Assembly (NCBI GenBank): GCA_963810935.1
Contig: CAWEPK010000008.1
Span: 32,001 to 96,000 of the forward strand
Reading direction: 5' to 3'
Length of the DNA: 64,000 nucleotides
From: an uncultured delta proteobacterium
GTDB taxonomy: Bacteria; Desulfobacterota; Syntrophorhabdia; Syntrophorhabdales; WCHB1-27
Shown: positions 1-7,327 of the stretch, one piece after another
How the letters are laid out: each line of letters opens with the position of its first letter
How positions within the stretch are numbered: position 1 is the first letter of the stretch
Position numbers and translations under genes: made by a program
Notes under the pieces: model-generated
Databases searched by the model: none
Seen by the model: the letters and a program-made list of their open reading frames with translations, nothing else
Told to the model about the DNA's origin: nothing

Positions 1-372
1 TACAGGCCGCCCGTACGCGCTTCCGTTCAGCACGGGCACGCCGCCGTTCTATTGTCTTTCTCGATTACCTGTTTTTGCCTTCCGACCTTCGACTTCCCGG
101 CCGTAGGCTATGGACGGCCCTATCGGCGCCGGGCGGGGAAGGTGGAGGGGCTCATTGAAGGTCGCACGGACCTCCACGCAATCGATCAGATCGACATTTT
201 GCTTAGATAGAGCACTCTATGAAACCTCCATTGCCATCAAAGTATAACTAGGTTATTAGTATCATACTGCGGTGGAAGAATCAAGGGAAGGCTGCGCAGG
301 ATAGGCTCATGTGCCTTTAGCGACTGTGCGAGGTTTGTAATTAGATGCGCCCGGCGCGCGGCGATTTTTTAA

Positions 373-401
373 TTGACATGACGGGTAAAGGGGTTTAAGT
401 T
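373..401 (+). promoter_or_regulatory. sigma70 promoter of the porin leader
   Basis: TTGACA (373-378), 17 nt spacer, TAAGTT (396-401). Confidence 0.65.
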
Positions 402-433
402 TAAGAAAATTTGGGTAGGAAGGTGTGTGCGCA

Positions 434-517
434 ATGGAAGACGACCCTGGCGGTCATATACAACTCGGTTGGAGCGGTGGACATGCTGCAGCTTCCGGGT
501 GTCGTCGGACCCTCTGA
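434..517 (+). CDS. putative leader peptide MEDDPGGHIQLGWSGGHAAASGCRRTL (27 aa)
   Basis: ATG with upstream GGAAGG; first 22 nt identical to the leader ORF upstream of mgtA; stop codon lies in a hairpin loop. Confidence 0.7.
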   Translation: MEDDPGGHIQLGWSGGHAAASGCRRTL

Positions 518-725
518 GAGTTCCGACCACTCCCGGTCCGGATAGCGTCTCCTCCGGGAGAGGATCGTATCATGTATTCCCCAAACCACTCTTCTGACTG
601 GCTCCAGCCATAGAAACAAAATATGAATTTGCTGGTATCAGCGATCAACCTGCGGGCAGCATGCCGCTTATCGGCGTGCCGTTCAAGTCTGTGAGATATG
701 CCGTCCGCCCGCAACAGAAGGAGAC

Positions 726-2105
726 GTGGAAGTGCGATTCTGCATTCGCCGGAAGACAGGCTTGTTCATTCTGGCCCTGGGCGCCCTCGCGGCGCTGGCG
801 GCTCCCGGCCTCGTGCGCGCCGCCGACCCCCAGTCCTCCCTTCCCCCCTGGTTCCCCCAGCTCTTAGGCGCACAGGTAAACGGGGTCTACCAGAACTCCC
901 CTTCCTTCCATAGCCCGTACACGGGAGACAAGAGCTTCATCTTCGATCATAGCTTCAAGCAACAGTTGACCCATGTCTACGGCCTCTATTTAGGCTCCCA
1001 GATAACACCTTCACTCCAGGCATACGGTGACTTCGAGATGTTTCGGGGGTCGGGCATAAGCAACGGCATTGGTTTGGGCGGTTTCAGTAATGCGGACGTC
1101 ATAAGGGCAGGGCCTGCCAATTTAGGCCAGGAGCCCTACCTTGCCCGCCTCTATGCCAGATACGTCATCCCCTTATCGAATGCCGTGACGGACCCGGTAG
1201 AGAGGGGCATGGACCAGATACCGGGTAGCCAGGCTGCGGACCGCATAGAGATAAAGGCAGGCAAGCTCGCCCCTACGGACGACTTCGACCAGAACCGCTA
1301 TGCCAATAACGGCCGCACGCAGTTCATGAACTACGACTTTTTATTTAATACGGCCTGGGACTATGCATCCGATACAAGGGGATACTCCATAGGCTTCTCC
1401 GCCGCTCTTGTCCATCCCACGTGGAGGCTTATCTTAGGAAGCTACCAGGAGCCTACATCCAGAAACGGCATGAACCTGGACAATAATATCTCCAAGGCCA
1501 GAGGGGACCAGATGGAGCTTGACCTGGCGCACTGGGAGAAGGGCCCCGTAGTCCGCCTTTTAGCCTTCAGGAACGAAGGGAGGATGGGCGACTACAGGGA
1601 CGCCATCGCCTTAGGTGCATTAACAGGTAACGTACCCGACACCACCCTCAACGGGCGGCCCGGCCACGTCAAGTACGGCTTCGGCTTAAACATAGAGCAG
1701 CCCCTTGCCAATGACGGGGACACGGGCATCTTTGCAAGGTTCGGCTGGGCCAACGGGAATAACTCCAACTGGTCCTATACCGAATCCGACAGGCACGCAA
1801 GCACAGGCGTCCAGATAAGCGGCAAGAACTGGGGCAGGCAGGAGGACCAGGCAGGTCTGGCCTTCGGCCTGAACGGCATCACGTCCTCCCATCAGCACTA
1901 CCTCCAGCAGGGAGGCATAGGCATGCTCGTAGGGGACGGGACGCTGAACTACGGCCTGGAGCAGGTGACGGAGGCCTACTACAGGATACAGGTAGGCAGG
2001 TACGTGCAGATAAGCCCCGACTTCCAGTACATCTGGAACCCTGCCTACAACAAAGACAGGGGGCCGGTGCAGGTCTACGGGATGAGGATGAGGGTGTACT
2101 ACTAA
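726..2105 (+). CDS. OprB-family outer-membrane porin, MnoP (divalent cation porin)-like
   Basis: Signal peptide; motifs YLARLYARY, FDQNRYAN..RTQFMN, AWDYASDTRGY, C-terminal EAYY...SPDFQYIWNPAYNKDRGP and terminal aromatic residue. Confidence 0.8.
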   Translation: MEVRFCIRRKTGLFILALGALAALAAPGLVRAADPQSSLPPWFPQLLGAQVNGVYQNSPSFHSPYTGDKSFIFDHSFKQQLTHVYGLYLGSQITPSLQAYGDFEMFRGSGISNGIGLGGFSNADVIRAGPANLGQEPYLARLYARYVIPLSNAVTDPVERGMDQIPGSQAADRIEIKAGKLAPTDDFDQNRYANNGRTQFMNYDFLFNTAWDYASDTRGYSIGFSAALVHPTWRLILGSYQEPTSRNGMNLDNNISKARGDQMELDLAHWEKGPVVRLLAFRNEGRMGDYRDAIALGALTGNVPDTTLNGRPGHVKYGFGLNIEQPLANDGDTGIFARFGWANGNNSNWSYTESDRHASTGVQISGKNWGRQEDQAGLAFGLNGITSSHQHYLQQGGIGMLVGDGTLNYGLEQVTEAYYRIQVGRYVQISPDFQYIWNPAYNKDRGPVQVYGMRMRVYY

Positions 2106-2164
2106 CTACCGGGTGGTTGGTGGTGATAAAGGCAAAGGCGGATGTTGTGGCGGGGTTTGGACTC

Positions 2165-2286
2165 GCCGCATGGAGGATACTCCCTCTGCGGCGCACTGTT
2201 CGCCTTGCGCCCTACGACGTACCTGCGTACGCCTCCGGGCGGCAAGGCTCCCATTGCATCCGCACATGAAGCATCCTCCATGCGGC
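2165..2286. repeat. nested palindromic intergenic element (CGTAC..GTACG core)
   Basis: Perfect 14-bp IR GCCGCATGGAGGAT/ATCCTCCATGCGGC enclosing inner stems; related copy at 12301-12420. Confidence 0.6.
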
Positions 2287-2371
2287 TCCTCCGACCACGG
2301 CTGCAATTGGACCGAGGGCCAATTGCAGCAACTGCGGGTGGGAAGTAATTGTAGGGCGGCTATTTACTTCC

Positions 2372-2399
2372 GCCATTCCGGCGGAAGCCGGAATCCAGG
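2372..2399. repeat. REP-like palindrome CATTCCGGC-GGAA-GCCGGAATCC
   Basis: ATTCCGGC/GCCGGAAT stem, resembling the widespread GTCATTCCCGCGAAGGCGGGAATCC repeat family. Confidence 0.5.
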
Positions 2400-2431
2400 G
2401 TTGAGGGGCTGTGGAGCGGCCCTGAGGCTCG

Positions 2432-3241
2432 TTATTTTTTTTGCGCTGCCTTTGAGATAGCTACCCGTATCGCGAGGCAATCGTACACCACACGGTCGGC
2501 CTGGTAGACGACGGTTCCCCGGCTCACTACGCGCCACCCTCCGTTTTCATAAACGCCGTTGGACGCAAGCGCTTCGATGAGGCCGGGTGCGGAATCGAGG
2601 GATTCCACGAGACCGGGGTTCTGGGCAAGGACCACGTATTTCATGCCTGGGGCAGTCACCAGGGTCAGGGGCTCGATCAGAAGGCTCGACAAATCAGGCG
2701 CTACCTCTTCCGCGACAGTGGCCCTGGCCTGGAGCTGGATCATCCTCGCCCTGGTGTCGGGCCCGGCCGTTTCCTTCGCGGAGCTTATGAGATCGAGGAG
2801 GTCGTCCCGGACCTCGTTCAACTCCTTGACAGAGCGCCACTTCTCAGCCCCTTCATAGGCCGTGAGGGCCTTGGCCAGCATGGAGACCTCTCTCAGGTAG
2901 TGGTTCCGCTGGTTCGCGGGCACGAGATACATGGCGATGACAGAGACCGGGACGCCGTCGGGAGCGCCGTAATCGATCCCTGTCGGGCTCCAGCCCACAA
3001 CGCACATCAAGTCTTCTTCGAAGGGCACCCGCGCGTGCGGGCATGCCCAGCCTTTTCCGATTGACGTGTTGAACGAGGTCTCCCTCGACATTACCAGTCC
3101 CACCACATCGGTCCCGGAGGGCACTGACGGGATTGCTTCGAGGATGTGGGCGAGGACGCGCAGGGCGTCATCCTTGTCATTGTCGGGCAGCTCGATCAGC
3201 CTGCCTTCCTGAAGTGCGTCGAGAAGGGTGTCCATAATCAA
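2432..3241 (-). CDS. PTS IIA (PtsN/fructose-mannitol type) domain protein with C-terminal extension
   Basis: RE..FNTSIGKGWACPHAR (phospho-His motif), GIDYGAPDG.PV; overlaps the mgtA stop. Confidence 0.8.
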   Translation of the reverse strand: MIMDTLLDALQEGRLIELPDNDKDDALRVLAHILEAIPSVPSGTDVVGLVMSRETSFNTSIGKGWACPHARVPFEEDLMCVVGWSPTGIDYGAPDGVPVSVIAMYLVPANQRNHYLREVSMLAKALTAYEGAEKWRSVKELNEVRDDLLDLISSAKETAGPDTRARMIQLQARATVAEEVAPDLSSLLIEPLTLVTAPGMKYVVLAQNPGLVESLDSAPGLIEALASNGVYENGGWRVVSRGTVVYQADRVVYDCLAIRVAISKAAQKK

Positions 3242-5955
3242 TAACCTCCGTACCGTTTAAAGAACCACGTTTTGACGAGGTGCGTCAGGGTGGCGTACGA
3301 AAAGAGGAAGAAAGCGATCCATGCCCAATAAATAGGCGGCAAAGGCACAAACCCCAAGGTAGGCGCGAACGACGAATAGGGCAGCCAGGCGCCGATAGCC
3401 ATCACGAGGATCGTCATGAAGGTCATCGGCATGGACGCGTGGCTGCCTATAAAGGGTATCCGGCGGGTCCTGATGATGTGGACTATCAGCGTCTGGGTCA
3501 GAAGGGATTCCACGAACCATCCCGTATGGAAAAGCCTCGCGGCGGCCTCGCCCGCCAAAGGCCCCGCGCCTGCATAGCCCCGGCACCCGAAAAAGAACCA
3601 CATCAGGGCAAAGGTCGCGTAGTCGAAGATCGAGCTAACCGGCCCTATGAACACCATGAAGCGTTTTATATTGGCTATGTTCCACTTGAGTGGTTTTGTG
3701 ATCTGCTCGGGGTCAACGCTGTCTGTCGGTATGCCGGTCTGGGAAAAATCGTAGAGCAGGTTGTTCAGAAGCACCTGTATGGGCAGCATGGGCAGGAAGG
3801 GCAAGAGGTAGCTGGCGCCGACTACGCTGAACATGTTCCCGAAGTTAGAACTTGCTCCCATCCGTATGTATTTCACTATGTTGGCAAAGACCTTCCGGCC
3901 TTCGATGATGCCCTCGGCGAGAATCAGCAGGCTTTTCTCAAGAAGCACGATGTCCGCCGACTCCTTGGCGACATCGACTGCCGAGTCGACTGATATGCCT
4001 ACGTCTGCCGCCCGGAGGGCCGGCGCATCGTTGATCCCGTCTCCCAGGAACCCTACAACGTGCCCGTTAGACCTGAGGTTGCGGACGATCTCCTCCTTTT
4101 GCGTCGGGGTAAGCTTGACGAAGACATCGGTCTCCCGCACGGTCCTGGAGAAGTCCTCTGCCGACATGGCGGATAGCTCCCCGCCTGTAATGATGGTCTC
4201 TGCCAAAAGGTCGACGTCCCTGCACACCTTTTGCGTGACCAGATAGTTGTCCCCGGTCAGCACCTTCACTTTTACGCCTGCCTGGCTCAAAAGGTCCAGC
4301 GCTTCCGCGGCCTCGGATTTCGGAGGGTCGAAAAATGCGATATACCCGAGGAGGATCATCGCCGATTCGTCGCCGGCCGTGAAAATGCTCTTGTCCCTGG
4401 GAAACTCACGGTATGCGATGCCCAGCACCCGGAAGCCGTCCGTGTTGAGCCTGTCGACCTCCTCGAACAGGTCTGCCCGGATCATTGGGATCAGAGGGTA
4501 CACCTCATCGCCGATCTGGTAGTGGGTGCAGCATGCGTAGATTTCCTCTACGGCCCCTTTGCAGATGAGGACGTTGTCGCCCTCGTAATCGACGACGACC
4601 GACATACGGCGACGCTGAAAGTCGAACGGCAGCTCGTCCACGAGGGTGCAGTCCCGCTCCACGTCGAGGTCCGCGTGCTCGAGCACGGCGCGGTCGATCA
4701 GATTGCGAAGGCCCGTCTGGTAATAGCTGTTCAGGTACGCGTAGGTCAGCACGTCGGTGCTCGGATGGCCGATGATGTCGACGCTGCGCTCCAGCACGAC
4801 CTTGTCCTGGGTGAGAGTACCCGTCTTGTCGGTGCAGAGGATGTCGATGGCGCCGAAGTTCTGGATCGAAGGAAGGCGTTTGACGATGACCTTTTCCTTA
4901 GCCATGGCGAGGGCGCCCTTGGCCAGGTTCACCGTTACGATCATGGGCAACATCTCGGGGGTAAGGCCGACCGCGACCGAAAGGCCGAAGAGAAGGGCTT
5001 CCAGCCAATCGCCCTTGGTCATGCCGACGATGAAGAAGACGGCGCAGACCAGGACGGTCATGTACCTGATCATGAGCCAGGTAAAGGAACGGACGCCCTG
5101 GTCGAAGCTAGTTTCTTCCCTCTCCCCCGCCAGCCGCTCGGAGATAGCCCCGAAGATAGTGTGCGCCCCGGTGTTTATCACAAGCCCCCGGGCGGAGCCG
5201 CTGGTGGCCGTGGTGCCGAGAAAACAGGCGTTCGGCAGCTCCAGGGCGGAGTGGCGCGGGACGTCTTCGGCGTCCGCTGTTTTTTCCACCGCCATCGACT
5301 CGCCGGAGAGGGCCGATTGGCTGACAAAAAAGTCTTTCGTCCAGAAGAGGCGCAGGTCTCCGGGGATGAGCGACCCTGCCTGGAGTAGCACCACGTCGCC
5401 GGGCACGACCTCGGATATCCTTATCTCCACCGCAGCCCCGTCTCTGAGTACGACGGTCCGTGACTGCACGCGTTTCCCAAGGGACTCGACGGCACGGTTC
5501 GAGCGGTTGTCAAGGACGTAGGAAAGGCCTACGCTGAGAAGGACCATCGCGCCGACGATGAAAGACGACCTGATCTCGCCGATGACGCCGGAAACAACGG
5601 CTATAACCAGAAGCTGGATAACCAGGGGGCTTTTGCAGCGATGGAGAATGTCTGCAAAAAAACCGACGTGCCGTGTGTGGGAAAGCTCGTTGGGCCCGTA
5701 TTCGTCCAGCCGGCGTTCGGCCTCTTCGCTATTGAGGCCCCCCGGGGTCGTCCCAAGGACCTTTACGGCCTCGGATACAGGCACTACGCAAAGGTCGATG
5801 AGGCGGCGTTCATCCTCCGGGGTATTGCGGTGATTATTGGCCGCTTGAGGGTCGCGCCTGGACTTATTCGAGAGGTTGGTAAATACGCCCTTGTTCGTTT
5901 TGCAGCCTCCGCTCTTCCCCGGGTGCGCGACGGACCCCGAGACAGGCATGAACAA
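3238..5955 (-). CDS. mgtA: Mg2+-transporting P-type ATPase (IIIB); exact start uncertain
   Basis: SGES, AVGLTPEMLP, DKTGTLT, ELPFDF.RRRMSV, GDGINDAP, SSNFGN, NLLYD, TGWFVESLLTQ. Confidence 0.95.
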   Translation of the reverse strand: MFMPVSGSVAHPGKSGGCKTNKGVFTNLSNKSRRDPQAANNHRNTPEDERRLIDLCVVPVSEAVKVLGTTPGGLNSEEAERRLDEYGPNELSHTRHVGFFADILHRCKSPLVIQLLVIAVVSGVIGEIRSSFIVGAMVLLSVGLSYVLDNRSNRAVESLGKRVQSRTVVLRDGAAVEIRISEVVPGDVVLLQAGSLIPGDLRLFWTKDFFVSQSALSGESMAVEKTADAEDVPRHSALELPNACFLGTTATSGSARGLVINTGAHTIFGAISERLAGEREETSFDQGVRSFTWLMIRYMTVLVCAVFFIVGMTKGDWLEALLFGLSVAVGLTPEMLPMIVTVNLAKGALAMAKEKVIVKRLPSIQNFGAIDILCTDKTGTLTQDKVVLERSVDIIGHPSTDVLTYAYLNSYYQTGLRNLIDRAVLEHADLDVERDCTLVDELPFDFQRRRMSVVVDYEGDNVLICKGAVEEIYACCTHYQIGDEVYPLIPMIRADLFEEVDRLNTDGFRVLGIAYREFPRDKSIFTAGDESAMILLGYIAFFDPPKSEAAEALDLLSQAGVKVKVLTGDNYLVTQKVCRDVDLLAETIITGGELSAMSAEDFSRTVRETDVFVKLTPTQKEEIVRNLRSNGHVVGFLGDGINDAPALRAADVGISVDSAVDVAKESADIVLLEKSLLILAEGIIEGRKVFANIVKYIRMGASSNFGNMFSVVGASYLLPFLPMLPIQVLLNNLLYDFSQTGIPTDSVDPEQITKPLKWNIANIKRFMVFIGPVSSIFDYATFALMWFFFGCRGYAGAGPLAGEAAARLFHTGWFVESLLTQTLIVHIIRTRRIPFIGSHASMPMTFMTILVMAIGAWLPYSSFAPTLGFVPLPPIYWAWIAFFLFSYATLTHLVKTWFFKRYGGY

Positions 5956-6092
5956 TGAAACCCCTTGCCGGAAAGGAACTTAACCGGCCGGGAAAATGTT
6001 CTTTACTTCAGCGTCTGTTGCTTATCTGTCTTAGGAGCGAATGAGGAGAGTTTTCCCCTGATGCCGCCCGGGCTCAGGGGGAGATAAGAAGG

Positions 6093-6173
6093 CTAACGAA
6101 TCTTCCCGTAGTGCTGAGGAGGAGCGGCTTCGCTCCGACCAAACCAAGTAGGACCGCCAGGGTCGTCTTCCAT
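6093..6173 (-). CDS. putative MgtL-like leader peptide MEDDPGGPTWFGRSEAAPPQHYGKIR (26 aa)
   Basis: ATG with GGAAAGG RBS, between the promoter and mgtA; acidic-Pro N-terminus; 4 Pro codons. Confidence 0.75.
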   Translation of the reverse strand: MEDDPGGPTWFGRSEAAPPQHYGKIR

Positions 6174-6215
6174 CAAGGACCTTTCCATAGTGTAGTATTA
6201 CAACAACTCCTTCGA

Positions 6216-6244
6216 ATTCTAATTCATATAAGCTCTTTGGTCAA
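6216..6244 (-). promoter_or_regulatory. sigma70 promoter of the mgtA leader
   Basis: TTGACC, 17 nt, TAGAAT on the minus strand. Confidence 0.75.
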
Positions 6245-6259
6245 CAAAAAAATAAGCCC

Positions 6260-6289
6260 TTGCCTTCATTAATGTTATCTTTTTATAAT
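6260..6289 (+). promoter_or_regulatory. sigma70 promoter of the divergent redox/nrdJ genes
   Basis: TTGCCT, 18 nt, TATAAT. Confidence 0.5.
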
Positions 6290-6317
6290 ACTTATCGCGG
6301 CGAGAGGGAGGGAGCCC

Positions 6318-6791
6318 TTGGACGAAGGGATATCGATAACGATTGATGCGAGCGTCTCGGAAGTCATCGAGAAAAGAGGCATAAGGCGGGAAGACGTCGT
6401 AATGGTCCTGGCATACGCCCAGGAGACAGGGAATTTCTTCGCAAACGGCTCGGGGGAGCGTCGCCTGGCCTATCGGAAGGCGGAAAAAACGACGTTCTGG
6501 GTTGAATACGCGAGGGAGGGGGACGGGTACAGGGCCCTGTGCGCCTACTCCCATCGTATGGAGATACTGGAAGGGCTCAACATGCCGGCCGGGCCCAGGG
6601 ACGAGAAAATCGATTGGCTCTGCGCCCGGTGCCGTAAGGCCCTGGAGTGGGCCACCGTGAAACTGGCGTACCTGGACGAGACCTTCGCTGCGGACATCCC
6701 TGCCTGCCCCTCCTGCCAGCGTCCCCTCGTGAGCGAGGAGAACGCAGTCGGGAAGATGGCGCTGGCCGAAAAAATGCTGGAAGACAAATAA
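6318..6791 (+). CDS. DVU_1557-like Cys-rich redox protein with extra N-terminal domain
   Basis: CARC and CPSC motifs, C-terminal GKMALAEKMLEDK; TTG start with GGAGGG RBS. Confidence 0.65.
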   Translation: MDEGISITIDASVSEVIEKRGIRREDVVMVLAYAQETGNFFANGSGERRLAYRKAEKTTFWVEYAREGDGYRALCAYSHRMEILEGLNMPAGPRDEKIDWLCARCRKALEWATVKLAYLDETFAADIPACPSCQRPLVSEENAVGKMALAEKMLEDK

Positions 6792-6804
6792 AGGAGCCGT
6801 TCCG

Positions 6805-7257
6805 ATGGAGCGCGTTATCAATCTCAGCGGAAGAGAAATGGACATCATGGTCCTTACGCATAAAGGCTACTGTTGCAGCCAGGTGATGGCCATCCTCATG
6901 CTGAGGGAGATGGGGCGGGAAAACCCCGACCTCGTAAGGGCCATGGGCGGCCTCTGCTACGGTATCGGGTACTCGGGCGAGATGTGCGGGGCCCTGTCGG
7001 GCGGGGCGTGCCTTATATCCCTCGTTGCAGGCAAGGGCGAAGACGGCGAATCCCCCAAAGAAAAGATGCCCCTCATGCTGAGCGAGCTTGTCGATTGGTT
7101 CAGGGAGAAGGTGCAAGGCCCTTACGGGAGCGCGAAGTGCGACGATATCCTGGGGTCGAATGCCGACAAAAGGCCCTGCATGGCCCTTATCGCGGAAACA
7201 TACGACAAGACAATGTCGATCCTCAAAGCGCATGGGATAGGACCGGCTGCGGCCTGA
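6805..7257 (+). CDS. C-GCAxxG-C-C family (DVU_1555-like) putative redox protein
   Basis: GYCCSQ, GEMCGALSGG, two further Cys. Confidence 0.8.
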   Translation: MERVINLSGREMDIMVLTHKGYCCSQVMAILMLREMGRENPDLVRAMGGLCYGIGYSGEMCGALSGGACLISLVAGKGEDGESPKEKMPLMLSELVDWFREKVQGPYGSAKCDDILGSNADKRPCMALIAETYDKTMSILKAHGIGPAAA

Positions 7258-7327
7258 ACAGTCGTCCACTTTACGTGGTCTGGAGACCGGCCTTATGTTA
7301 CCTTCAGGGGCACCCGAAGGAGCGGAC

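Noticed and set aside
1..240. Possible minus-strand gene after a GGAGG at about 226-230
   Set aside because: Only very short ORFs and no recognisable product; truncated context.
2106..2460. ORFs of 66-115 aa in the porin/PTS IIA gap
   Set aside because: They run through palindromic repeats and have no protein-like features.
5960..6200. Classical M-box or yybP-ykoY riboswitch upstream of mgtA
   Set aside because: Could not recognise the conserved cores; a leader-peptide model fits better. An Rfam search is still needed.
7265..7280. Possible NrdR box (CCACTTTACGTGG) upstream of nrdJ
   Set aside because: Single copy with several mismatches to the consensus; too weak to call.
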